Shown in pieces: positions 39,201 to 47,576 of a stretch of DNA of 64,000 nt. A model generated the notes under the pieces. It ran no database searches and was not told the origin of the DNA. It saw only the letters and a program-made list of their open reading frames with translations. Each line of letters starts with the position of its first letter. The stretch's first letter is position 1. Source of the stretch: Abditibacterium sp. Its GTDB lineage: Bacteria > Armatimonadota > Abditibacteriia > Abditibacteriales > Abditibacteriaceae. A program made the position numbers and the translations under genes. The stretch lies in assembly GCA_965246885.1 (NCBI GenBank), contig OZ251992.1:1600001-1664000 (forward strand). Direction: 5' to 3'.

Positions 39201-39860
39201 GATGCCGAACTCAAACCGCGAGGGCGCGAGTGGCGCGCCCGCTACGCCGAACTTTACGCCGCTTGGCACGGCGCCCAGCACGACGCGGCGCGCTGGAATT
39301 CGCTCGCGCGCTTGGCGCGCGGCGATGAACTGCGCGCGCTGGAACGTTTGGCTACCCTCACGCGCCGCCGTTTCGACGCAGGTGTTGCCATCCGCGCCGA
39401 ACTTGACGCAGCCCTTGAAGCGCGTTGCGGGCGTCCCGACGCCGCGCAGGTCGCGCAAGTGGCGCTGTCGCCCGGTGATGCGGTGTGCAATGCGTGCGGG
39501 TTGAAGTGGGGCCAGCGTTTAATGCTGCCCGATGCACGCGCCCTTGAAGAACGCATCGGTGCCGCCCTTGCCGCCTTTCGCGCCACCTTGCGCGAACCCG
39601 CCACCGCGCGCTTTTTGGAACGCCGCGCGCCGGAATTGCTCGCGCCCGACGCCGATTTGCCCGCGCTTTTCGACCGCGACACCTTGCAACTGTTGGACGA
39701 AGCCTTTGCGCCGCGCCGCCGCGTCGCGCGCTCCTTGGCCGAACTGCGCGGGGCGCTCGAAGGCCTCCAAACGCGCGGCCAGTGGCACGGCGCCCTGCTC
39801 GCGTGGTTGGATGGCGGCGCGGCGTTGGGCGATGAGGACGAGATGGAGTTGGGTGACTGA
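36210..39860 (+). CDS. Large BrxC/PglY-like (DUF6079-like) P-loop ATPase, 1216 aa
   Basis: Walker A VNGAFGSGKSHFL, Walker B LFLDELSLFL, IRDRF, PFHP, IWDYF; C-terminal C...CNACG Zn motif. Confidence 0.75.
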   Translation: MFSPAWSALLAPRSFNPVVAGAQVRALRQSGDSSEAREFVGAFLGFDPRSRFALRTTLESLAKPTGGAFWVNGAFGSGKSHFLGVLALVCDGVGWAELAANFPEMAPALVPRMVVHIPLDDYNASEWSLENVFWRETRREWESKIGEWPASVESARVGSRAEALEALLSELKAREWGGLALFLDELSLFLGGRTHRELQSDASFLQFLGQSARRDAFWVVAALQKTIEDLGGLEPYALGQIRDRFQTLPLSLAHLPALIGRRLVEVRDESALERWCDESLREREARFGVLPFGIQEWRGVAPFHPMTVELLEAVAGRFLSRTRSALLFCAHALNEAQRQSAEERVLPPAIWDYFAPEIEGHPDWSVLAEAEAAWLESIAAAPPPERDALSLTAKFLLLSRVAGRSTTPLALAQALDFAHENPSEWARYLLEKLRRGAGFLALERGDDAGGDRYALDLGKRVGESARRLVLGAASEIEDGDARLTQAAIASCKSASWPLAEMGDDGRSVSLFWRHSPRRVRVGVWHDGALTAWTNRFATLREQGDAALLLFWPPFTLARGEAAGLLLAPLLTGAAGSWGDERARAAVWAWRPRFPTRDEWELAREVAGAHLARQDPNLLDNRRGRAVLEHLDRERPARESALERVVRRLYLEGDLVLGQGAALDAGELAGGEDFGAVLEAVADFALPHLFGRFSGVAPRARVLTPSNADALCLELLRRPANEPFFAPSLERLARHLGEPLGVATPSAGRWKMGVGNDDLAAHILALVGAGASLSALNEELGRDEWGLSEEMQAVAVCALLRAGELVALDARGQTLAPASIGLPLRRSVHRLVRGALPAAGQWIRLASVCNALLGEKIGAPSFEEAARVAALLGAWRDETQSRLELARARAAQLRRALGHSPAQWADFEAATETVAGAVGDSRTDDQALLFERAANWDLALLAPALASATRFAGALEGAGELLAGHALLSHPDLACPPELADERAALLETLASGEAALFDAELKPRGREWRARYAELYAAWHGAQHDAARWNSLARLARGDELRALERLATLTRRRFDAGVAIRAELDAALEARCGRPDAAQVAQVALSPGDAVCNACGLKWGQRLMLPDARALEERIGAALAAFRATLREPATARFLERRAPELLAPDADLPALFDRDTLQLLDEAFAPRRRVARSLAELRGALEGLQTRGQWHGALLAWLDGGAALGDEDEMELGD

Positions 39861-40181
39861 GTGAGCGGCCTAATTCTTCAGCTGCCCCAGTTAATTCATT
39901 GGGGAATTCTATAATTTTGTCAATGGTTTACCCATGCGACGGGAAGAATTAGCCGCGCAGAGCATCCACCGATGTAAATCATCGAAAAAATTAGCGCGTT
40001 CCCGCGAAGAATTAGCCCGGTGAGAGCGTCGCCGCCCTCTGTCATTGGAGCGCAGACGGCGGGAAGTTAGGGATTTTCCCAAGCAATGCACCTCGCTTTG
40101 GCGCTGTTCTTGCTTTGGACAAGCTTAATGCTTTCCGCGCCACCGTTTTTCGGGAGCGCTGGGGCAAAGGACACACAAACT

Positions 40182-40409
40182 ATGAAAACCACCATCCAAC
40201 GCGGCGTCACGGCGACCTTGCTCGCCGTCATCACTGCAGGCACCTTGGGCCTTGGCGCCCCTCAGCCCGTTCAGGCCAAAGGCTTTATCCGCCGCCACCC
40301 GTTCGTCACCGGAGCCGCCGTCGTCGGGGGCGCGATGATGTATCGCCACCACCAGAAGAAAAAGGCCCGCAAGCGCGCCCGCGCGATGATGGCCCGCCCC
40401 GTCCGCTAA
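40182..40409 (+). CDS. Small secreted basic protein (75 aa)
   Basis: Signal peptide ending PVQA; mature part KGFIRRHPFVTGAAVVGGAMMYRHHQKKKARKRAR; followed by a terminator. Confidence 0.65.
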   Translation: MKTTIQRGVTATLLAVITAGTLGLGAPQPVQAKGFIRRHPFVTGAAVVGGAMMYRHHQKKKARKRARAMMARPVR

Positions 40410-40425
40410 GCCTTGGCGCCTCGTC

Positions 40426-40460
40426 AACAGCCGCTTCTCTTTCGAGAAGCGGCTGTTTTT
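40426..40460 (+). terminator. Rho-independent terminator
   Basis: aacagccgcttctc-tttc-gagaagcggctgtt followed by a T tract. Confidence 0.8.
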
Positions 40461-40502
40461 GTTGTCCGAGCGCCGGAAGTGTCTGCCAAACTGGAAGGGC
40501 TA

Positions 40503-41849
40503 ATGCTCCTCCAGCTTTCCACGACGCACCAGCCCGCGACGGATTTGGGGTTTCTGCTCGCCAAAAATCCGGCTCGCGCGCAAACGTTCGACTTGTCGTT
40601 TGGGCGGGCGCGCGTCTTTTATCCCGAAGCGAACGAAGAGCGTTGCACGTTCGCGCTTTTGTTGGATGTGGATTCGGTTGCGCTCGTGCGCGGCAAAAAC
40701 CAAGGGGAAGGGCTGCTGTCGCAATACGTCAACGACCGGCCTTACGCGGCGACGTCTTTTCTGAGCGTGGCCATCGCGCAGGTATTGCGCTCGGCGATGA
40801 GTGGACTGTGCAAGGAACTCCCCGAACTCGCGGCGACGGCGCTGCCGCTCCGAGCGCAGGTCGAGGGTGTGCCCGCCTCGGCGCAGCAGTTGGAAAAGCT
40901 GTTCGCACCGTTGGGTTGTGCAGTCGAAGCGCAAGCGGTCGGCGCGCGGCATTGCCGTTTGACGCTCGAAGCGACGGTGAAGCTGTCCGATTTACTGTCG
41001 CATCTGTATGTCCTCATCCCGGTGCTGGATGACACCAAGCATTATTACGTGGGCGATGAAGAGGTGGAGAAGCTGTTGCGGCGCGGCGCAGGCTGGCTCG
41101 AAACCCACCCAGAGCGCGAGTGGATTGTGTCGCGCTACCTCAAAAAGCAAAAGCACCTCATCCGCGTGGCGCTGGAGCGTTTGTCGCCCATCGAGGAAAG
41201 TGACGACAAGGATGAGGAGGAAGCGCGCGTCGAGCGGCCCTTGTCGCTGCATCAGATACGCTTGGAAACCGTCGCACAGGTTTTGAAGGAAGCGGGCGCC
41301 AAGCGCGTGTTAGATTTAGGTTGCGGTGAGGGGCGCTTGGTGCGCGAACTGTTGCGCGACCCGTTCTTCGAGTTCGTGCGCGGCGTGGACGCCTCGCACC
41401 GCGCGCTGGAGTTGGCCGAAGACAAACTGCACGTCGAGCGCATGACGGAGCGCCAACGGGCGCGCTTGGAACTGGTCTTCGGGGTGCTCACTTACCGCGA
41501 CGCGCGCTTCGAGAACTTCGACGCGGCGGCGCTGGTTGAGGTCGTGGAGCATCTCGACCCGGCCCGTTTGCCTGCCTTCGAGCGGGTGGTATGGGAGTTC
41601 GCTCGCCCAAAGCACATCGTCGTCACCACGCCCAACCGCGACTACAACGCGGTGTGGGAAACCCTGCCCGAAGGCAAACTGCGCCACCGCGACCATCGCT
41701 TCGAGTGGACGCGGGCCGAGTTCCAAAGCTGGACTGAGCGCGTCGCGCTCAAGTTTAACTACACCGTCGAAACCCGACCATTGGGGCCAGAGCACGAGGA
41801 ATACGGCGCGCCCTCCCAGATGGCCCTCTTCCAGCGAGACAACAAATAG
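40503..41849 (+). CDS. hen1: 3'-terminal RNA ribose 2'-O-methyltransferase Hen1
   Basis: MLLQLSTTHQPATDLGFLL.KNP, QYVNDRPY, HLYVLIPVLD..KHY, VLDLGCGEG, EVVEHL, TTPN, RHRDHRFEWTR. Confidence 0.95.
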   Translation: MLLQLSTTHQPATDLGFLLAKNPARAQTFDLSFGRARVFYPEANEERCTFALLLDVDSVALVRGKNQGEGLLSQYVNDRPYAATSFLSVAIAQVLRSAMSGLCKELPELAATALPLRAQVEGVPASAQQLEKLFAPLGCAVEAQAVGARHCRLTLEATVKLSDLLSHLYVLIPVLDDTKHYYVGDEEVEKLLRRGAGWLETHPEREWIVSRYLKKQKHLIRVALERLSPIEESDDKDEEEARVERPLSLHQIRLETVAQVLKEAGAKRVLDLGCGEGRLVRELLRDPFFEFVRGVDASHRALELAEDKLHVERMTERQRARLELVFGVLTYRDARFENFDAAALVEVVEHLDPARLPAFERVVWEFARPKHIVVTTPNRDYNAVWETLPEGKLRHRDHRFEWTRAEFQSWTERVALKFNYTVETRPLGPEHEEYGAPSQMALFQRDNK

Positions 41850-41941
41850 CCACAGAGAACGCGGAGGACATCACGAAGAGGCACAGAGGTTTATGATTTC
41901 TCTCCGTGCCTCTTCGTGATGTTCTCCGCGTTCTCTGTGGC
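41849..41941. repeat. Long inverted repeat (40-bp arms, 13-nt loop), MITE/REP-like insertion between hen1 and pnkp
   Basis: gccacagagaacgcggaggacatcacgaagaggcacagag (41849-41888) and its reverse complement at 41902-41941 with 2 mismatches. Confidence 0.85.
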
Positions 41942-41952
41942 CAATCCAAGCC

Positions 41953-44481
41953 ATGCACATTTCCCTTCCTGAACCCTGCTTAGTCGTGCTCGTTGGCGCG
42001 AGTGGCGCGGGTAAATCTTCCTTTGCGCGGCGCCACTTTCTGCCGTCGGAAGTCGTATCGAGCGATTTTTGCCGCGCGTTGGTGTGCGACGACGAGAACT
42101 CCCTCGAAGCGACAAGTGACGCTTTCGATTTGCTGCATACCATCGTCGGCAAGCGGCTTCACAACTTGCGCCTCACGGTCGTGGACGCGACCAACGTGCA
42201 GGAGTCGAGCCGCAAATCGCTCGTGCAGTTGGCGCGTAGGCACCACTTGTTCGCGGTTGCTGTGGTTTTGAACGTGCCCGAAAGCGTTTGTCAAGAGCGC
42301 AATGAAAAGCGGCCCGACCGCAACTTCGGGCCGCACGTGGTGCGCAACCATTTGCGCGAATTGCGTGGCTCTTTGCGACATCTGGAGAAAGAGGGGTTCC
42401 GGCGCGTGTTCATTTTAAACGGCGTCGAGGAAGTCGAGGCGGCAACCGTTGGGCGCGCGCCACTTTTTAACGACCGCCGCGACTTGGCGGGGCCATTCGA
42501 TATTCTGGGCGACGTGCACGGTTGCGGCGACGAATTGGAATTGCTGCTGGCCAAGCTTGGTTATGCGCGCGACGGCGACGGGACGTTCCGGCACGGCGAG
42601 CGGACGGCGGTGTTCGTCGGCGACTTGGTAGACCGGGGGCCGCGCGTGGCCGACGTGTTGGACATCGCGCAAAAGATGATCGCGGCGGGAAGCGCCTTGT
42701 GCGTGCGCGGCAATCACGACGACAAAGTTTTGCGCTATTTAGAAGGCAAAGCGCCCAAAGTGGCGCACGGTTTGGACGCGTCCATCGCCGACTTGGAGCG
42801 GTGCGACGACGCGTTTCGTGAGCGGGCCAAAGAGTTTTTGGACGCGCTGATCTCCCACTACGTGTTGGACGGTGGGCGGTTGGTCGTGGCGCACGCGGGG
42901 TGCAAGGCCGAGTTTCAGGGGCGTTCGAGCGGCGCGGTGCGCTCGTTTTGCTTGTATGGCGAAACGACGGGCGAAACCGACGAGTTCGGCCTGCCCGTCC
43001 GTTACCCTTGGGCGCAGGATTATCGCGGGCGGGCGGCGGTGGTTTACGGACATACGCCCGTCCCGCGCGCCGAGTGGCTCAACAATACGTTGGATATAGA
43101 CACCGGTTGCGTCTTCGGCGGCAAGTTGACCGCGCTACGCTGGCCCGAACGGGAGTTCGTGTCGGTAGATGCGCTCCAAACCTACGCCGAACCGGTGCGG
43201 CCCTTGGGCTATGTGGACGGCATGGGCCAAATCGCGGCGGACGAAACGCTCGATTTTGCGGATGTTTCGGGCAAGCGTGTGTTGGATAATGCGTTCTTGA
43301 CGCGCGTGACTATCGGCGCCGAACAGGGCGCGGCGGCTTTGGAAGTGTTGTCGCGCTTTGGAACCGACCCGCGCTGGCTGATTCACTTGCCGCCCACCAT
43401 GTCGCCGACCGCGACGGCCCCGGCGGAATTGGGGTTGCTCGAACACCCGGCGACGGTGTGGCATTATTTCCGGGAGAATGGCGTCCAAACCGTCGTATGC
43501 GAGGAGAAACATATGGGGTCGCGCGCCGTGTGCGCGGTGTGCCGCGACGAAACGGCGGCCATGCGGCGCTTTGGCGTGCCGGGCGAAAGCGGCGCGATTT
43601 GGACGCGCACCGGGCGGCGTTTCTTCGATGATTTGGCGCTGGAGGGCGAAGTCTTGGAGAGGCTACGCGGCGCCATGACGCGGCTGGGATGGTGGGAGGA
43701 GTGGGCGTCGGACTGGTTTTGTTTGGACGCGGAACTCTTGCCTTGGTCGGCCAAAGCGCAAGAACTTATCGCCCGCCAATACGCGCCCGTCGCCGATGCG
43801 GGAACGTCCGCCCTCGCCGCCGCGCAAAGCGCGCTTGATATGGCGGCCAGTCGCGGCCTTGATGTCGGCGTGTGGGGAGCCGAGAACGCCGTCCGTGAGG
43901 ACTCTTTATCACGTTACCGCGCCGCTTTCGAGCGGTATTGTTGGCCTGTCGCGGGGGTAGAGGATTTGAAGTTCGCGCCGTTTCATCTTTTGGCGAGCGA
44001 AGGCGCCGTTCACACGGACAAGTCGCACGTTTGGCACATGGAAACCCTCGCTCGTTTAGCGGGAGAGGAGCCGATTTGCGTGGCGACGCCCTTTCGCGTC
44101 GTGGATTTAGAGGATGCCGCCGCCATCCGCGCCGCCGAAGATTGGTGGCTCGAACTAACGCGCGCGGGCGGCGAGGGCATGGTGGTGAAGCCGCTCGATT
44201 GGATCAACCATCACGACGGGCGGCTCGTGCAGCCCGCGCTCAAGTGTCGCGGCGCCGAATATCTGCGCATCATTTATGGGCCGGAGTATCTGTTGCCCGA
44301 AAACCTGTCGCGCCTGCGCAAGCGCGCCCTCGCCGCCAAGCGTTCCCTCGCCCTGCGCGAGTGGGCCTTAGGCATGGAGAGCTTGCGCCGCTTTGTGGCA
44401 GGCGAAGGGTTGCGCCGCACACACGAGTGCGTCTGGGGCGTCCTCGCGCTTGAAAGCGAGCCGGTAGACCCGCGCCTGTGA
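41953..44481 (+). CDS. pnkp: Polynucleotide kinase-phosphatase-ligase Pnkp
   Basis: Kinase GASGAGKS and VDATN; metallophosphoesterase GDVHG, GDLVDRG, GNHD, YGHTP, DTGC; ligase EEKHMGSR, EGMVVKP, KCRG.EYLRIIYG, ESEPVDPRL. Confidence 0.97.
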   Translation: MHISLPEPCLVVLVGASGAGKSSFARRHFLPSEVVSSDFCRALVCDDENSLEATSDAFDLLHTIVGKRLHNLRLTVVDATNVQESSRKSLVQLARRHHLFAVAVVLNVPESVCQERNEKRPDRNFGPHVVRNHLRELRGSLRHLEKEGFRRVFILNGVEEVEAATVGRAPLFNDRRDLAGPFDILGDVHGCGDELELLLAKLGYARDGDGTFRHGERTAVFVGDLVDRGPRVADVLDIAQKMIAAGSALCVRGNHDDKVLRYLEGKAPKVAHGLDASIADLERCDDAFRERAKEFLDALISHYVLDGGRLVVAHAGCKAEFQGRSSGAVRSFCLYGETTGETDEFGLPVRYPWAQDYRGRAAVVYGHTPVPRAEWLNNTLDIDTGCVFGGKLTALRWPEREFVSVDALQTYAEPVRPLGYVDGMGQIAADETLDFADVSGKRVLDNAFLTRVTIGAEQGAAALEVLSRFGTDPRWLIHLPPTMSPTATAPAELGLLEHPATVWHYFRENGVQTVVCEEKHMGSRAVCAVCRDETAAMRRFGVPGESGAIWTRTGRRFFDDLALEGEVLERLRGAMTRLGWWEEWASDWFCLDAELLPWSAKAQELIARQYAPVADAGTSALAAAQSALDMAASRGLDVGVWGAENAVREDSLSRYRAAFERYCWPVAGVEDLKFAPFHLLASEGAVHTDKSHVWHMETLARLAGEEPICVATPFRVVDLEDAAAIRAAEDWWLELTRAGGEGMVVKPLDWINHHDGRLVQPALKCRGAEYLRIIYGPEYLLPENLSRLRKRALAAKRSLALREWALGMESLRRFVAGEGLRRTHECVWGVLALESEPVDPRL

Positions 44482-44629
44482 GTCAAGAGGCATCGCTGGG
44501 GGCTTTCTGTCGTTTTGCTTGGTCGCCGCATCACTTGACAGCAAGCGCCTATAATTGCCAAAAACTTTGTGATAAAGTTCCCGTCGAACGGTTTTCGCGC
44601 GCCGATTTCCTTGGGCGCGCTTCCACTCT

Positions 44630-46099
44630 ATGCGACACATCCACCTGTTCGCGTTGCTCGCCGCAACGCTCGCGCCTCTTGGCGTTGCTCACGCGCAAAA
44701 GCGCATCCTCACTCCCAACGCGCCCGCCACTGAAATTGGCCAAGCCGCCATTTCGCGGCAACTGCTGCAACGGATGGCGTTGCGTTCCTCCATCAACGCC
44801 AACTTCCTCGTCAAATCGCCGACCATATTCGCGGCGCGCGGCGAGTTGGGCACCGACAAACTCAATCAAACCGTCGAAGTGCGCGGCTTTTACTACGACG
44901 GCTCGATTCCGATGGTCGTGGACGATATCGAGCGCGTCAACTGCGATACGCTCATGCCCGCGCAGTCGTATGTGCCGCTCGCCCAAGCTGTTCCCGACCT
45001 CAAAAACGGCGACGAAGTGACAGTTTCTGGCCGCTTAGTGACTCCCCAAGCCATTGGTTTGAAGCTCGAAAACGAGGGGAGCGTCTTAAAATTTGAGACG
45101 CCCGTCCAACAAGCCGTCAAGCGCGTCGGAACGATTAACGCTTCCAAACTGCGCCTCGACCCAAACCTCAAAGTGCGGATTCCGGGCGGCATTTTCCAGC
45201 TAACGCCCCAGAAATACGCCGTGCTGTTGGTCGGCGGCGGCGACGCGGCCAACAATCACCTGCGCTATTGGAATGACCTAAAGACCATGAACGCCATTCT
45301 GGTTGCGCGCGGCTACAAGAAGAGTAACATCACGGTCATTTACGCTGATGGTGTCGCCAAAGACGCTTCAATGTCTGTCAACTACTCGGCCTCCAAAGCC
45401 AATGTCAACAAAGTCTTTAAGGACTTGGGCGACAAATTGGGCGCCCAAGATGAACTGTACGTGATGGTCAACGATCACGGCGGCGGCTTTTTGGGCCAGC
45501 AATCGGGCAGTAACGGCCCCGGCTCCTATGGAGCGCTTCTCGACGCGAGCAACTCGGTCGGCACCGCATGGAGCGAGGCCGCTTTCAACCGGGATTTGAA
45601 CTACGACGGCGACAAGAACGACACCGTGCATTTCCACAACACCGTCTGTTTGTGGGGCGAACTGATGACCGAAGATGAGTTTGGCGCCGCGCTCGACCAA
45701 GTGAAAAACGTTAAAACGGAGATGCTTCAAATGAAGCAGTGTTTTTCGGGCGGTTTCACGCAACGCCTCAACCGCGCGAACCGCGTCGTGATGTCCTCGT
45801 GCGGCCCGAACGAATTTTCGTGGGGCCACTCCAAAGGCAACTACGGCTCATTTACCTACTACTATTTCTCGGCGCTGACGGGGAAGACGCCCGATGGCGG
45901 ACTCATTAACGGTAGTTCTTCCGTCAACGCTGACGCGAACGGCGACGGTAAAGTCACGCTCGCCGAAGCGTGGAACTACGCCAAATCGAAAAACCCGGCC
46001 CCGGAAACCGCGCTTTATGCGGACACCGCTTCGGCCCCAGTCTCGGGCACCATGCCAATGGGGGGCCAAGGTGCTCTGGGTGGTTTCATCACGCCGTAA
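44630..46099 (+). CDS. Secreted clan CD cysteine peptidase (C13/legumain-like)
   Basis: Signal peptide; KYAVLLVGG, YWND, His motif NDHGG, Cys motif QCFSGGF; EF-hand-like DANGDGKVTLAE. Confidence 0.75.
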   Translation: MRHIHLFALLAATLAPLGVAHAQKRILTPNAPATEIGQAAISRQLLQRMALRSSINANFLVKSPTIFAARGELGTDKLNQTVEVRGFYYDGSIPMVVDDIERVNCDTLMPAQSYVPLAQAVPDLKNGDEVTVSGRLVTPQAIGLKLENEGSVLKFETPVQQAVKRVGTINASKLRLDPNLKVRIPGGIFQLTPQKYAVLLVGGGDAANNHLRYWNDLKTMNAILVARGYKKSNITVIYADGVAKDASMSVNYSASKANVNKVFKDLGDKLGAQDELYVMVNDHGGGFLGQQSGSNGPGSYGALLDASNSVGTAWSEAAFNRDLNYDGDKNDTVHFHNTVCLWGELMTEDEFGAALDQVKNVKTEMLQMKQCFSGGFTQRLNRANRVVMSSCGPNEFSWGHSKGNYGSFTYYYFSALTGKTPDGGLINGSSSVNADANGDGKVTLAEAWNYAKSKNPAPETALYADTASAPVSGTMPMGGQGALGGFITP

Positions 46100-46116
46100 G
46101 CAACGACAAATTCCAA

Positions 46117-46138
46117 GCCGCGCCCAAAAGGGCGCGGC
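46117..46138. terminator. Hairpin between convergent genes
   Basis: gccgcgccc-aaaa-gggcgcggc. Confidence 0.5.
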
Positions 46139-46176
46139 CATAGTGCCCGTCCCACCGATAAGCGAGGGAACTGTTG

Positions 46177-46788
46177 TTAAACCCGCGCTTTCAGATACGC
46201 CGACAACAGCGCGACGGCGCGGCCCCGGTGCGAAATGCTCGCTTTGACTTCTGCAGGAACTTGCGCCATCGTTTGGCCGACGAACTCCGACTCGGCGCCC
46301 GATGCGAGGGTGATTCCGAAGATGGGGTCGTAACCAAAACCGTTTTCGCCGCGTGCTTCGAGGGCGATTTCTCCCTCGCAAGTGGCTTGATCTTCCCATT
46401 CGACGGCATCGGGCGTGGCCAAGCAGAGCGCGCAACGATAGCGGGCGCTTCGGTGTTCGACGGGCACGCCATCCAAGCGGGACAGGAGCGCGGCGTTGCG
46501 CAGGCGCAGATCGCCATCGAACCAGCGCGCGGAATGAACGCCCGGTTTGCCGCCGAGGGCGTCCACTTCCAACCCGGAATCGTCGGCGAGCACCCTCGCG
46601 CCGAAGTGTTGCGCGTAGAACTCGGCCTTGATGCGAGCGTTGCCGCGCATGGTGTCGGCGTCCTCATCGGGCGCTTCGGTGGCGGGATAGTCGGCGAGGG
46701 TTTCCAGTTCCAAGCCGGGGACGTCGCGCAGCATGGCGGCGATTTCGCGGACTTTGCCTTGGCTGGTGGTGGCGAGAAGGAGCTTCAT
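46177..46788 (-). CDS. rdgB: Non-canonical purine NTP pyrophosphatase (RdgB/HAM1)
   Basis: LATTSQGK..E, NARIKA, ADDSGL, PGVHSARW, GFGYDPIF, SHRGRA. Confidence 0.95.
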   Translation of the reverse strand: MKLLLATTSQGKVREIAAMLRDVPGLELETLADYPATEAPDEDADTMRGNARIKAEFYAQHFGARVLADDSGLEVDALGGKPGVHSARWFDGDLRLRNAALLSRLDGVPVEHRSARYRCALCLATPDAVEWEDQATCEGEIALEARGENGFGYDPIFGITLASGAESEFVGQTMAQVPAEVKASISHRGRAVALLSAYLKARV

Positions 46789-47576
46789 TTGTGGGCGGGC
46801 GGGTCGAAGACCGGGCCAGTTTCCAGCGTCGGTGCGATGCCCAGCAGCGTTTCGGCCCACTGCGCGACGCCCGCCGTTTCACCCGACACGAAGTAACGGT
46901 CGGGCAAGTCGTGTGGCGTGGTGAACGGAAAGCGCGCCGCGACCTCTTCGGCGAGCGCCGTCGCGGGGTCAACGAAGCCCACGTGCGGCGCCACTTCGCG
47001 TAGCATCGGCAGCAAAAGCGGGTAGTGTGTGCAACCCAATATGACTGTGTCCGCCCCAAACTTCCGCAAGGGCGCGAGGTAATGCTCGCACGCAGCACGC
47101 GCTTCGTCCGAGTCGGTTTGATGCGCTTCAACAAGTGGCACAAACGCCGGACATGCCACCTCGCACACGCTCAAAAGTGGGTTGAGGCGGTGGATGACGC
47201 GCGTGTAAATGCTCGAATCCACCGTTGACTGCGTGGCCAACACGCCGATCTTGCGGCCCAACAGCCCCGCCAAGCGCGCCCCCGGTTCGATAACACCAAA
47301 GACGGGGGTGGGCGCGAACTGCGTGCGCGCCACGTCGAGGGCGTGCGCCGAGGTCGTGTTGCACGCGAAGACGAGGGCGTCGGCGCCTTGGCGCCGCAAA
47401 AAGCGCGAAATGGACAGCGCGTAGTGCCGCACTTGTTCGCTCGACTTATCGCCGTAGGGCAGATGCGCGGTGTCGGCGAAATACAACAAGCGGGCGCCGG
47501 GCAACCGTTTCTTGATCTCCCGCGCGACTGTTAGTCCTCCCACCCCCGAATCGCGCACGCCAAGCGTCAGCTTCAT
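46785..47576 (-). CDS. murI: Glutamate racemase
   Basis: DSGVGGLTV, PYGDK, ACNT, LGCTHYP. Confidence 0.96.
   Translation of the reverse strand: MKLTLGVRDSGVGGLTVAREIKKRLPGARLLYFADTAHLPYGDKSSEQVRHYALSISRFLRRQGADALVFACNTTSAHALDVARTQFAPTPVFGVIEPGARLAGLLGRKIGVLATQSTVDSSIYTRVIHRLNPLLSVCEVACPAFVPLVEAHQTDSDEARAACEHYLAPLRKFGADTVILGCTHYPLLLPMLREVAPHVGFVDPATALAEEVAARFPFTTPHDLPDRYFVSGETAGVAQWAETLLGIAPTLETGPVFDPPAHK

Noticed and set aside
35022..44481. Complete BREX system or bounded defence island/prophage
   Set aside because: No pglZ, pglX, brxA or brxL, no integrase, att repeats or phage genes were seen, and composition is host-like.
44535..44555. Sigma70 promoter TTGACA...TATAAT
   Set aside because: The spacer is only 9 bp; the -10 alone may be real.
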